Shown: in pieces, positions 50,966-60,675 of the stretch | Layout: each line of letters starts with the position of its first letter | Numbering within the stretch: the first letter of the stretch is position 1 | NCBI GenBank assembly: GCA_035559535.1 | Contig: DATMBG010000040.1 | Span: forward strand, 1 to 64,000 | From: Candidatus Limnocylindrales bacterium | Lineage (GTDB): Bacteria; Moduliflexota; Moduliflexia; Moduliflexales; JAUQPW01 | Length of the DNA: 64,000 nt | Direction of reading: 5' to 3' | The notes under the pieces: generated by a model | Databases searched by the model: none | The model's input: the letters and a program-made list of their open reading frames with translations, nothing else | Told to the model about the DNA's origin: nothing | Position numbers and translations under genes: made by a program

Positions 50966-51976
50966 TCAATCCTTAAACTGACTCATTACCGCTTTGAAAA
51001 TTTTATCCGGATTGGGAAGATAAAAATCTTCTAAACTCGGACTAAAAGGAACCGGAGTTGGAGGCGCGTTGACACACTTGATCGGGGCATCCAGGTAGTC
51101 AAATGCTTTCTCCGCGATAATGGCTGCGATATTACGACCCATGGAACAATTGGGAGTACTCTCATCCACGATCACCACTTTTCCGGTTTTCTTGACAGAT
51201 TCCAGGATTGTGGCTTCGTCTAAAGGCCAGAGAGTTCTCGGATCTACGACCTCGGCGTCGATTCCTTCACTGGCTAATTTGTTGGCGGCTTCTAAAGAAA
51301 AATCTACCATACGGGAGATGGCTACAATCGTTACATCTTTACCGGGTCTTTTAATATCTGCCTTACCCAGAGGGATTGTATAACTCTCCTCAGGTACAGG
51401 ACCTTTTTTCCAGTATATGAGCTTATGCTCGAAGTCAACGACGGGATCGTCATCTCGAATAGCGGAGATGAGAAGTCCTTTCATATCATAAGGAGTTGAA
51501 GGAGCAATGAGTTTGAGGCCGGGAATATGGGCAAAGATAGAATAAAGGGTCTGGGAATGTTGGGAGGCTTTACGAAGACCTGCCCCGATGGTGGTTCGGA
51601 GGACCATAGGAACCTTAGCTTTTCCTCCAAACATATACCGGAGCTTGGCAGCCTGGTTTAGAATCTGATCCAGACAGGTTCCGAGAAAATCGTTATACAT
51701 CAATTCCACAACCGGTCGTAGTCCGGTCGTGGCTGCCCCTACAGCCGCCCCTACAAACCCTGCTTCAGAAATGGGACAATCCCGAACACGCTCTTTCCCG
51801 AATTCCTTAATAAATCCTCGCGTTGTCCCCAATGGTCCACCCCACGCATCCTCATCTACCGTAGTCGCCCCTCCGGCAATATCCTCTCCCAAGAGGATCA
51901 CAGTGGGATCGGCCCGCATTTCACTTCGCAAAGCTTCTTGAATGGCTTGTTGATAGGTTATTTCTCTTATGGCCAT
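50966..51976 (-). CDS. acoB: TPP-dependent dehydrogenase E1 beta subunit, acetoin dehydrogenase AcoB-like
   Basis: GEDIAGG...DAWGG insert typical of AcoB, DCPISE, QHSQ, FEHK, DPRTL. Confidence 0.8.
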   Translation of the reverse strand: MAIREITYQQAIQEALRSEMRADPTVILLGEDIAGGATTVDEDAWGGPLGTTRGFIKEFGKERVRDCPISEAGFVGAAVGAATTGLRPVVELMYNDFLGTCLDQILNQAAKLRYMFGGKAKVPMVLRTTIGAGLRKASQHSQTLYSIFAHIPGLKLIAPSTPYDMKGLLISAIRDDDPVVDFEHKLIYWKKGPVPEESYTIPLGKADIKRPGKDVTIVAISRMVDFSLEAANKLASEGIDAEVVDPRTLWPLDEATILESVKKTGKVVIVDESTPNCSMGRNIAAIIAEKAFDYLDAPIKCVNAPPTPVPFSPSLEDFYLPNPDKIFKAVMSQFKD

Positions 51977-51979
51977 ATC

Positions 51980-52972
51980 TTATAATAATGCATACGATTC
52001 AGATACCAAAGGAGTTGCATAGAGACCCCTGAGGGTTGATTCCGGTTCCGGGTACTCACTTTTTTCTGCAAACTCAATGGCGTCTTGAATCTCTTTTTTC
52101 ACCTTTTCTTCGATTTCCTTGAGTTCGACCTCTGATAAAAGGTTATGGGATAAAACCCGTTCCCTGAAGCGAGGAATAGGATCTCGTTTTCGATATTCTG
52201 CGATTTCCTCTTTAGTCCGATAGCGCTGCGCATCTCCTTGATAGTGACCGTAGAAACGGTAGGTTTTACATTCTACCAGGGTAGGTCCTCCTCCAGATCT
52301 CGCCCTTCGAATGGCTTCGTCGGCTACTTCGTAAACTGCAAAGACATCCATTCCATCTACCACAACTCCGGGTATGTTATAACTGGAAGCCCGATCGGCA
52401 ATATTTTGAATCCTTTGATGGTATCGCTGGGGCGTCGCTTCGGCATACAGGTTGTTCTCGGCAACAAAAATAACCGGTAAATTCCAGATGGAGGCCAGAT
52501 TCAAACCTTCATGGAAAGTTCCCTGGTTACTTCCACCATCCCCAAAAAAGCAGACGGCCACCCGATCCAACTTCTTATATTGAGCCGTTAAAGCAGCTCC
52601 ACAGGCCATAGGAATACTTCCCCCGACAATTCCATTGGCCCCTAACATGCCCTTATCGACATCTGCTATGTGCATCGACCCACCTTTTCCGTTACATAGA
52701 CCCGTCTTCTTACCGTACAGCTCCGCAACCATGCGTTTGATATCACACCCCTTCGCAATGGTATGACCATGCCCCCGGTGAGTGCTTGTAATATAGTCTT
52801 CATCCCTTAAATGGGCGCAAAATCCAACGGCAACGGCCTCTTCTCCAGCATACAGATGAAGAACCCCGGGAATTTTTCCCTTGGCAAACTCATCGGCCAT
52901 AGTCTCTTCAAAGGTTCGGATCTGTAACATTTTTTCATATATCCAAAGCAGTTTTTCTTTGGGTATATCCAT
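51980..52972 (-). CDS. acoA: TPP-dependent dehydrogenase E1 alpha subunit, AcoA-like
   Basis: Start moved to ATG 52972; HLYAGEEA, STHRGHGH, GKGGSMH, GDGGSNQG, ENN, TYRFYGH. Confidence 0.8.
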   Translation of the reverse strand: MDIPKEKLLWIYEKMLQIRTFEETMADEFAKGKIPGVLHLYAGEEAVAVGFCAHLRDEDYITSTHRGHGHTIAKGCDIKRMVAELYGKKTGLCNGKGGSMHIADVDKGMLGANGIVGGSIPMACGAALTAQYKKLDRVAVCFFGDGGSNQGTFHEGLNLASIWNLPVIFVAENNLYAEATPQRYHQRIQNIADRASSYNIPGVVVDGMDVFAVYEVADEAIRRARSGGGPTLVECKTYRFYGHYQGDAQRYRTKEEIAEYRKRDPIPRFRERVLSHNLLSEVELKEIEEKVKKEIQDAIEFAEKSEYPEPESTLRGLYATPLVSESYALL

Positions 52973-53429
52973 AATTCTTTCCTCCTTGGTCTTGATACCT
53001 GAGATTCCTACAAACAATATATACTATCTAAACGCGTTTCGTCCAGGTATTGGCCTAAAAATCCATAACTCTAGCTGAGTAATACCGTGCCATACCACCT
53101 AGCGTATTATACCCCCAAGGGAATTTAATATTATTCGACTGAATCTGTCAAAAGTTTTTTCATAGCCAGTAAAAAAACCCTTGGGTAGAATAATTTTATC
53201 TGAAAAAAAAGAATAGGAAAAAATTATCATAATAAGCTCAGAGGATCTTCCTGAAGTGGAAGTCATGCGTTAAGCATTCCAAACTCCGGTAAGGCAAAGG
53301 AGCAGAGGAGAAGTCTGGAAAGGATGGGGTACTTTCCTATAGATCTCCCATGAAAATCACTCCGGAATTTTCCGGTTTTGTGGTCATTCAGAAAATCATG
53401 GGCGTTTGGGTATCCGATAAGGAGGAAAG

Positions 53430-54308
53430 ATGATACGGAAACCAGGGATAATTTTATTTTTGACCTCGGTACTCTGTATGTCTCAACCCGAGGGATTTGG
53501 CTGGGATTACACAACTCATATGGTGATTGCACAGATCGCCTACAACAGGTTGAATAATAAAGCAAGAGAGCGTCTGGATGCGCTTGTACAAAAAATCAAA
53601 TTCCACGAAAAGACCTACACCTTCATTACAGCCGCATGTTGGCTGGATGATCTTCGAGATGACCCTGCCTATGAGGCACTTAAAACGTGGCATTTTATAA
53701 ATAAGCCTTATTTTGATGGAGTTCCTCCCAGGGAAATACCGTTACCGTCCGACCCTATACTTTCACATCTCCGTTCAAGCATCGAAAACCTGAGAATAGG
53801 GACCGGTTCTGAAGAGAAAGATGCAGAGGCCCTAGGGGTCCTTTTACACCTTGTAGGAGATGCCCACCAACCGCTTCATTGTATCAATCGCTATAGTGAA
53901 AAAAACAATGATGAGGAAGGAGACCGAGGGGGTAATGAATTCAAAATTATTACCGATATTGAGGGGGTGAATAACTTACACAGGTATTGGGATGGAGCTG
54001 CCGGTTTATTTAAATTTGAAACTATCCAGCGCCCACTTAGTCAAGAAGATCAGCAGCGTATCCAGAAGTATGCCGATGAAATTCTATCTGCCTATCCACC
54101 TGATGCACATAAGGAATGGAAAGAAATGGATCCTGACAGGTGGATTGAAGAGAGTTATCAGATTGCTCGGACAATGGTTTACAAAACTCCAGAAGGTGAA
54201 AGGCTTACGGAAGATTATACTTTTCAATCCCAACGGGTAGCCCGTGAGCGTATTGCTCTGGCAGGTTATCGGCTCGCTGAGTTATTGAACATGCTTTTTG
54301 GCAATTAG
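53430..54308 (+). CDS. Secreted S1/P1-family Zn nuclease
   Basis: Signal peptide then WDYTTH, WLDDLR, WHFIN, HLVGDAHQPLH, DRGGN, NLHRYWD, AGYRLA. Confidence 0.93.
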   Translation: MIRKPGIILFLTSVLCMSQPEGFGWDYTTHMVIAQIAYNRLNNKARERLDALVQKIKFHEKTYTFITAACWLDDLRDDPAYEALKTWHFINKPYFDGVPPREIPLPSDPILSHLRSSIENLRIGTGSEEKDAEALGVLLHLVGDAHQPLHCINRYSEKNNDEEGDRGGNEFKIITDIEGVNNLHRYWDGAAGLFKFETIQRPLSQEDQQRIQKYADEILSAYPPDAHKEWKEMDPDRWIEESYQIARTMVYKTPEGERLTEDYTFQSQRVARERIALAGYRLAELLNMLFGN

Positions 54309-54430
54309 AAGGTTTCAGTCCTTATAGCGTCTCGTTACGGGTAAAAGGGTTATATATAAGGGAAGAAAACTCTCTGGGAGGGTTGGAGAATTTTCTTGCA
54401 GTTCTCCTGGAGAAAAGTTATCATATCCCT

Positions 54431-55399
54431 GTGAACCAGGTATCTCTTATCGATCTAGCTCGACAGGTTTTAAAAATTGAGTCGGAAGCCCTATTGAGGC
54501 TTGCAGATAGGCTGGGAGAAGAATTTATCCAGGCCGTTGAAGTTCTCTATGCCTGCAAGGGTCGGGTAATTGTAACAGGAGTAGGAAAGTCTGGATTAAT
54601 CGGGCGAAAGATCGTCGCTACCCTATCCAGTACGGGAACTCCGGCTTTTTTTCTCCATCCCACCGAAGCTTTCCACGGTGATTTTGGGGGGGTGGTTCGA
54701 GGTGACACCTTCTTAGCTATCTCTTATAGTGGGGAAACCGAAGAGGTCTGCAGGCTCCTCCCATGGATTAAGCGGATGGGATTGCCTTTAATTTCCATGA
54801 CGGGGAATAAGAACTCAACCCTGGCAAAAAATAGCGAGATTGTTTTGGATATCCACGTGCAACAGGAAGCATGCACGTTAGGACTGGCCCCTACCACCAG
54901 TACAACGGTTTCATTGGCACTGGGCGATGCCCTGGCCATTGCCCTTCTCAATAAAAAGGGGTTCAAAGTGGAGGATTTTGCTTTTCTCCATCCCGGTGGA
55001 AATCTCGGTAAAAAGCTCACGAGGATTGCAGATCTTATGCATGTGGGGAAAAAATTACCTGTTGTTACAGAAGATACGCCCATGAAAGAGACTATTTGTG
55101 AGATTTCGTCTAAGGGCTTTGGCGTCACCAGTGTGGTCAATCAAATGGGGAAAGTAACGGGTATCATCACCGATGGGGACCTTCGACGGGCCTTAGAAAA
55201 AGGGGGCGATATTTTAGATAAGCCCTCTAAGTTGTTTATGACCAGAAACCCTAAAACAATCGAAAAAAACGAAATTGCGGCTACTGCCCTTCAAATGATG
55301 GAACGTTATGCCATCACTTCCCTGTTAATTCTCAATGAAGCCGGAGAATTGGAAGGGCTTATTCATTTACACGATTTATTAAGGGCAGGGGTTGTTTAA
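54431..55399 (+). CDS. kdsD: Arabinose-5-phosphate isomerase (SIS + CBS)
   Basis: GVGKSG, HPTEAFHGD, SYSGET, EACTLGLAPTTST, HPGG; GTG 54431 preferred as start. Confidence 0.92.
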   Translation: MNQVSLIDLARQVLKIESEALLRLADRLGEEFIQAVEVLYACKGRVIVTGVGKSGLIGRKIVATLSSTGTPAFFLHPTEAFHGDFGGVVRGDTFLAISYSGETEEVCRLLPWIKRMGLPLISMTGNKNSTLAKNSEIVLDIHVQQEACTLGLAPTTSTTVSLALGDALAIALLNKKGFKVEDFAFLHPGGNLGKKLTRIADLMHVGKKLPVVTEDTPMKETICEISSKGFGVTSVVNQMGKVTGIITDGDLRRALEKGGDILDKPSKLFMTRNPKTIEKNEIAATALQMMERYAITSLLILNEAGELEGLIHLHDLLRAGVV

Positions 55400-55409
55400 A
55401 CAATGAACT

Positions 55410-55937
55410 ATGCTAAGCCCCGAACTGGAAGAGAAGATCCAAAAGATAAAAATTCTCCTATTAGATGTAGATGGTGTATTGACCGATGGCCGGATTTTTA
55501 TAGATGATAGTGGTTTGGAAATCAAAGCCTTTGATGTGAAAGACGGTCACGGAATTCGGATGGCTCAGCGGGTTGGATTAAAGGTTGCCTTTCTATCTGG
55601 TCGTGTCTCAAAAACCGTTATAAAAAGAGCTGAGGAGTTGGGAGTCGTCGATGTTTTACAGGGGGTGTTTTTTAAGCTAGAAGGGTATGAAGCTTTGCGG
55701 GTCAAATATCAATTGAAACCTGAAGAAATGGCGTATGTAGGAGATGACGTTGTCGATATTCCGGTCTTGAAACGGGTGGGATTCTCGGTAGCCGTTCCAG
55801 ATGCGGTCCCCGAGGTAAAAGAAGTGGTCCACTACATCACCACACGCCCCGGAGGACGAGGGGCCGTTCGGGAAGTCATTGACTTGATTTTAAAAATTCA
55901 AGGTCGCTGGAATAACGCGATGGAGAGATACCGGTAG
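55410..55937 (+). CDS. kdsC: KDO-8-phosphate phosphatase (HAD family)
   Basis: DVDGVLTDG, FDVKDGHG, GDDVVD, GGRGAVRE. Confidence 0.93.
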   Translation: MLSPELEEKIQKIKILLLDVDGVLTDGRIFIDDSGLEIKAFDVKDGHGIRMAQRVGLKVAFLSGRVSKTVIKRAEELGVVDVLQGVFFKLEGYEALRVKYQLKPEEMAYVGDDVVDIPVLKRVGFSVAVPDAVPEVKEVVHYITTRPGGRGAVREVIDLILKIQGRWNNAMERYR

Positions 55938-56043
55938 GGGCAACGGGCGCCCATCGTCCTTACTAAAAACAGCAGGCAGGAGGTCGTTAAGTAAAGAAAC
56001 GGGTAATTCACCGATTGTTGTTTACTGCTCACTGTCTCTATCT

Positions 56044-56409
56044 ATGGCTTTTTTGGTTCCTATTCTCATCATCCTTCTAACCCTGGGTATTCTCCTCGCC
56101 ATTGTGAACTTTGTTCTCAATAACCTAGAAATGTTCCAGCAAGCGTTTGTTATCCACTTTAATTTACCGTATCTGGGGAACTACGCTTCCCAGCCTATTC
56201 AATTTGCCTATCTGATCGCTGCCTGTATTCTTATAGGGGCTTTGGCTACCGCTATACCCGGCTGGTTAGTAAATATCCGACTCATTCGGGTAATCAAAAA
56301 GCAGAAAAAAGAGCTAGAAAATCTACAAAAGGAGTTAGACTCCCTTAAACCACCTCCTACAGAACCTGGAATAACCTCTTTTCCAGAGACCGGGGAAACG
56401 GAAAATTGA
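56044..56409 (+). CDS. LapA-like membrane protein (2 TM + coiled coil)
   Basis: FVLNN motif after TM1, second TM, basic coiled-coil tail; follows the kds genes. Confidence 0.6.
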   Translation: MAFLVPILIILLTLGILLAIVNFVLNNLEMFQQAFVIHFNLPYLGNYASQPIQFAYLIAACILIGALATAIPGWLVNIRLIRVIKKQKKELENLQKELDSLKPPPTEPGITSFPETGETEN

Positions 56410-56482
56410 AAATGTTTACGTCTCGATACCCTTGCATTTTTTTCCTAAGTTAGGACTTTTATCCATGAAGGACCCGGAAAAG

Positions 56483-56608
56483 TGTGGAAGGATGGGGGGA
56501 TGGGAGGGTGGAAGGATGGAAGGATGGAAGGATGGAAGGGTGGAAGGATCGGAGTATAAGGGTAGAACTACAGCTATCCTCTACTCCCATCCTCCCATAC
56601 CCCCATAC
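56483..56608. repeat. Octamer-type purine/pyrimidine repeat (ggaaggat)n
   Basis: ggaaggat tandem units followed by ctcccatc/ccccatac units. Confidence 0.8.
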
Positions 56609-56614
56609 TTATCC

Positions 56615-57013
56615 ATGCAGTTCAAGAGAAAACGTCGCTACCAACCTGAGATCAATGTAATCAATTTTATTGATGTCTTATTGATGCTGTTGATTTTTTT
56701 CATGATTTCTACTACTTTTATAAAGCAACCCGGAATCCGTGTAGATTTACCTCTTGCCAAATCTGGAACCGGAGATACACAGGAAGGTATCGTCATAACG
56801 ATAACCAACGATAATACTCTCTTTTTAAATGGGCAAAAGGTTACAAAGGAAGTATTATATTCCAATCTGAGACAACTTAATTTAGAGCGTCAGGATCATC
56901 TGGTAGTGATCCGAGCCGACAAAAAAGTTGAGCACGGATGGGTAGTAGCCGTTATGGATACGGCAAAGACTGCCGGGTTTAATCGGTTCGCCATTGCTAC
57001 CAAATCCCAATAA
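56615..57013 (+). CDS. exbD: ExbD/TolR biopolymer transport protein
   Basis: Start moved to ATG 56615; INVINFIDVLLMLLIFFMI, VDLP, IRADK, VMD. Confidence 0.85.
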   Translation: MQFKRKRRYQPEINVINFIDVLLMLLIFFMISTTFIKQPGIRVDLPLAKSGTGDTQEGIVITITNDNTLFLNGQKVTKEVLYSNLRQLNLERQDHLVVIRADKKVEHGWVVAVMDTAKTAGFNRFAIATKSQ

Positions 57014-57016
57014 TAT

Positions 57017-57140
57017 GCTCCTTGCTCCGGAAGTAGAGGTAACCGGAGGCTCGTCTTGGATCTGACAGGTTCCATCCCGGGCTTCTATTATAAAGGGAGA
57101 GATTGTCTCTACAAACCGGGGCTGTTTAGCCGAAAGGAGA
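57017..57140 (+). ncRNA. S6:S18 ribosomal-protein leader (autogenous control) with a long apical insertion
   Basis: ctcctt pairs with SD aaggag; gctccgg pairs with ccggggc; unpaired CCG just 5' of the SD; directly upstream of rpsF. Confidence 0.75.
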
Positions 57141-57147
57141 TGTTAAA

Positions 57148-57594
57148 ATGCGAATTTATGAAAGTGTTTTTATTGCAAACCCTTCCCTCTCTGAGGAAGA
57201 AGTTAATCAAACCATTGATCTGATTCAGAATGTAATCACCGGTAACGGAGGAGAAATTGTTAAGGTGGATAAATGGGGTAAAAGACCCCTGGCTTATGAA
57301 ATCAAAAAACAGAAAGAAGGGTATTACGTTCTTTTGCTTTTTAATGCCGATTCTAAAGTCCTGAGCGAACTCGACCGCAGATATAAATTAACCGATCACA
57401 TTCTTCGGTATAATATTATAAAACTAGGTGATAAACCGGGTGAACTACCTCCAGGATACGGGCAATATACTCTGGATACCCAGTTTGTAGGTTCAGAATT
57501 CGGTATGCATGCCTATGATGAGTATGAAGAAGGAAAAGAAGAATATGATGAAGAGGAAGAGGCGGATGAGTCGTTTGATGAAGAAATCGAGTAA
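57148..57594 (+). CDS. rpsF: 30S ribosomal protein S6 with a long acidic tail
   Basis: [21 protein letters not shown]. Confidence 0.96.
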   Translation: MRIYESVFIANPSLSEEEVNQTIDLIQNVITGNGGEIVKVDKWGKRPLAYEIKKQKEGYYVLLLFNADSKVLSELDRRYKLTDHILRYNIIKLGDKPGELPPGYGQYTLDTQFVGSEFGMHAYDEYEEGKEEYDEEEEADESFDEEIE

Positions 57595-57608
57595 GGAGGG
57601 AGAGTGTT

Positions 57609-57842
57609 ATGTTTAAACCCAAGGGAAAGCGTTTTAGACGTAGAAAAGTTTGCCGGTTCTGTGCAGAAAAAGTTGTTTATATCGATTATAAAGATCAAAA
57701 ACGTCTCAGGGGGTTTATTACCGAAAGGGGAAAAATAGTTCCTCGAAGAATATCCGGTAACTGTGCCTATCATCAGAGGCGTCTTACCACCGCCATTAAG
57801 CGGGCAAGACATATTGCTCTGCTTCCATTCACGGCAGAATAA
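57609..57842 (+). CDS. rpsR: 30S ribosomal protein S18 (Zn-binding form)
   Basis: [30 protein letters not shown]. Confidence 0.97.
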   Translation: MFKPKGKRFRRRKVCRFCAEKVVYIDYKDQKRLRGFITERGKIVPRRISGNCAYHQRRLTTAIKRARHIALLPFTAE

Positions 57843-57929
57843 TTCATTGGGCGATGAGTCCTGGGGGATGAAGAACGGCCCTCTCTTTTATCCCTCATCT
57901 CCCAGGATCCATCGCCTGGGACTTCTAAC

Positions 57930-58385
57930 ATGCAGGTGATTTTAAAACAGGATGTAGAAAAGCTGGGTAAACGGTGGGACCAGGTTAAGGTAGCAGATGG
58001 ATATGCCAGGAATTATTTGATTCCAAAAGGATTAGCCATGGAAGCTACTCCCCAGAATCTGATGATCCTTAAGCGGTTCCAGGAGGCTGAAGCAAGGAAG
58101 AAACAAAAAGAATTGGAACAGGCTGAACAGATCGCCAAGAAAATCAGAAGTTTATCTTGTGTTATTACAAGACAGGCCGGGGAAGGTGATAAACTCTTCG
58201 GATCGGTAACATCCATCGATATCGCTAACTTTCTAGAAGAAAATAAAATTCAGATAGACCGAAAGAAAATCGATCTGGAAGAACCCATTAAATCTCTTGG
58301 GGTGTTCAGGGTTCCGATCAAGCTTCATCCCGAAGTTATTGCAGAGCTTAAAGTTAAAGTTGTTAAGGAAGAAAATCCAAAGTAG
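57930..58385 (+). CDS. rplI: 50S ribosomal protein L9
   Basis: VADGYARNYLIPKGLA, KLFGSVT, PIKSLG. Confidence 0.97.
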   Translation: MQVILKQDVEKLGKRWDQVKVADGYARNYLIPKGLAMEATPQNLMILKRFQEAEARKKQKELEQAEQIAKKIRSLSCVITRQAGEGDKLFGSVTSIDIANFLEENKIQIDRKKIDLEEPIKSLGVFRVPIKLHPEVIAELKVKVVKEENPK

Positions 58386-58481
58386 CCAGCAGGAATAAGA
58401 GTGGGAGAATAGGAGAACAAGAAATAGGGGCGGATCCTAGATCCGCCCTTACTTCTCCTATCTTCCCATCCACCCATCCTT
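58386..58481. repeat. Octamer-type inverted repeat enclosing a REP-like hairpin
   Basis: gggagaat units, central ggggcggatcctagatccgccc, then ctcctat/ctcccat units. Confidence 0.7.
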
Positions 58482-58485
58482 TTAG

Positions 58486-59514
58486 ATGAATACAGATCCC
58501 CTTTCAAATCCAGACAGCGAAACCTATATTACTCAGCTACTTAATTTATATAAGGATTCCCCCAATACCGAACTTGTTAAGGGTATTATTTTAAATATCT
58601 TAAAGCTGTTAGAAAACAATACCGATCGTGGTGATATTAAAATCATTTATAATACCTTGAAAGATATGGGGCAGGCGCTCAGAACTTTTGCACCCTATCG
58701 ACATATTCGAAAGGTAAGCATTTTCGGTTCTGCCCGAATTCCAGAAACAGATCCTGAATTTGAACAGGCCGTTAAGTTTGCTGAGAAAATTAGGGAGCAT
58801 GGATTTATGATCATCACCGGAGCGGGGAATGGAATTATGAAGGCGGCCCAAAAGGGAGCCGGTCGAGAACATAGTTTTGGGGTTAATATCCGGTTGCCCT
58901 TCGAGCAACAAGCCAATGAGTATATTCGAGGCGATCCGAAGCTTATTCATTTTAAATATTTCTTTACCAGAAAGCTGTTCTTTATCAAAGAGACCCATGC
59001 GGCTGTGTTCTTCCCAGGAGGTTTTGGTACCCTGGATGAAGCCTTTGAATCCTTGACTCTGGTTCAGACTGGTAAGTCTATGCCCCTTCCCCTTGTTTTT
59101 TTAGATATCCCTGGAGGAACTTACTGGTCGGAGTGGAAAACCCATATTGAACAGCATATGCTTAAAAGAGGGCTTATCTCTCCGGAAGACCTCCACCTTT
59201 TTAAGGTTACCGATCATGTGGATGAGGCTTGTGAGGAGATTCTAAACTTCTACAAAGTTTACCATTCCCTCCGCTATGTAAAAAATCAACTCATTATTCG
59301 GTTACAAAAGCCTATTGAACCTGAGTTGTTGGATATCTTGAACGCTGAATTTAAGGATATCCTGGCCCAGGATAGGATACAACAAACACACGCCGCCTAT
59401 GAGGGTCTGGACGAGGGGGATCTGGCCAACCTGCCTCGATTGGTCTTTTATTTTAACCGCAAAAGCTTCGGTCGGTTACGTCAGATGATCGACCGGATCA
59501 ACAAGGGGATATAG
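58486..59514 (+). CDS. LOG-family nucleotide phosphoribohydrolase-like protein (long form)
   Basis: IFGSAR, TGAGNGIM, LPFEQ, YFFTRK, PGGFGTLDE. Confidence 0.9.
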   Translation: MNTDPLSNPDSETYITQLLNLYKDSPNTELVKGIILNILKLLENNTDRGDIKIIYNTLKDMGQALRTFAPYRHIRKVSIFGSARIPETDPEFEQAVKFAEKIREHGFMIITGAGNGIMKAAQKGAGREHSFGVNIRLPFEQQANEYIRGDPKLIHFKYFFTRKLFFIKETHAAVFFPGGFGTLDEAFESLTLVQTGKSMPLPLVFLDIPGGTYWSEWKTHIEQHMLKRGLISPEDLHLFKVTDHVDEACEEILNFYKVYHSLRYVKNQLIIRLQKPIEPELLDILNAEFKDILAQDRIQQTHAAYEGLDEGDLANLPRLVFYFNRKSFGRLRQMIDRINKGI

Positions 59515-59516
59515 CT

Positions 59517-59822
59517 ATGCGTGCCATTTTTATTTTTATCAAGGTCGATTTAGGTCGCGTTAAAGAAGTAGCTGATAAACTCATCGAGGTCGATGAAGCC
59601 TCGGAGGTATATTCCGTTGCCGGAGAATATGATATCTTAGCGAAATTCTATGTTTCTGATCTGGAAGCCCTGGGGGAGATTATCCAGACCAAAGTACATA
59701 CCATTCCCCACATCCGGGAAACCCATACCCTTATTACCTTTAATGCCTTTAAAACACCGCACATAAAAGTGGAATCGGTAGGAGATAGACCCCATAAATA
59801 TGCCCCTCGCCTGGTGGAATGA
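59517..59822 (+). CDS. Stand-alone Lrp/AsnC ligand-binding (RAM) domain protein
   Basis: EVYSVAGEYDILAK, THTLITF; no HTH. Confidence 0.82.
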   Translation: MRAIFIFIKVDLGRVKEVADKLIEVDEASEVYSVAGEYDILAKFYVSDLEALGEIIQTKVHTIPHIRETHTLITFNAFKTPHIKVESVGDRPHKYAPRLVE

Positions 59823-59925
59823 CCCTATCTTTGGGACTGAGAATCCCGGGTCATGAGGAAAGGTCTTAAGCCCCCTAACCCGAGACTTTTCCGGCAAAGG
59901 GGATATGCGGTTGTATTTCGCTCTT

Positions 59926-60489
59926 TTACTTTAAGCGCTCCCAGGTAAGACGCGCAGTCGCCTGTTCACCGGCATACAGGAAAGGAGGCGGCCTGAGCGT
60001 CAACCGATCCCCGGAGAACTCGAAGAATCGCTTCTGATCCATACCTAACCAGTTGGGAAATAAACTGAGTTCTATATGATGAATGACAAAACCCTCCTCT
60101 TCGTTGACTGTATAGGTACTACAATAAGCGATGTATCCTTCATAAGCAGCCTTTTTCTCCTCTGGAGTCCCTCCCTCCAAAAGATTATCTGAAGAAAACT
60201 TCGTACGATTGGGACGCATAATCTGAACACACATGTGCCCATTCGCATCATACATGATCCAACCGGTTGCATCTTGTCCAAAAGGGGGTTGGATCTTTTC
60301 ACCGTTTGATCTTTGCATCTCCCAAGAAACAAGCTTCCAGGTTCCAACAAATCGGTCTTTGACCTTTTGAGAAGACTTCTGGGTCGTCTGAGAAGGCTCT
60401 TGCTGACCTCTGCCGGGGTAATCCCATAAGAGGATTAAACTTAAGAGAAGGGCCATTATACCTAGATATTTTATAATTTTTAAACTCAC
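59926..60489 (-). CDS. Exported lipocalin-like domain protein
   Basis: Signal peptide; FVGTWKLVS, GWIMY, YIAYC, SLFPNW, LTWER. Confidence 0.82.
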   Translation of the reverse strand: MSLKIIKYLGIMALLLSLILLWDYPGRGQQEPSQTTQKSSQKVKDRFVGTWKLVSWEMQRSNGEKIQPPFGQDATGWIMYDANGHMCVQIMRPNRTKFSSDNLLEGGTPEEKKAAYEGYIAYCSTYTVNEEEGFVIHHIELSLFPNWLGMDQKRFFEFSGDRLTLRPPPFLYAGEQATARLTWERLK

Positions 60490-60597
60490 TGCTAACCTCC
60501 TTTTCTTAAAAGGGCTATCTTCTATTAAAGTATTTCAGCTCTATTTCATTGAATCTATTTAAGATTTTAGTGTCAATAAAAATGATATTTTATCCGA

Positions 60598-60619
60598 TCA
60601 AGCGGGACGCTTAACCTAC
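60598..60619 (-). repeat. GTAG-type REP variant with compensatory stem changes
   Basis: gtaggttaagcgtcccgcttga. Confidence 0.75.
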
Positions 60620-60675
60620 TATTTATTATCCAACACACACCAGTTTAACAAACCCTTTACAGGAGAACGATAATT

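Noticed and set aside
53077-53093. Sigma54 promoter for acoA (TGGCACGGTATTACT)
   Set aside because: Good -24 element but no GC at the required spacing.
56432-56614. N-terminal extension of ExbD in the ORF track
   Set aside because: It is translated octamer repeat; ExbD similarity starts at ATG 56615.
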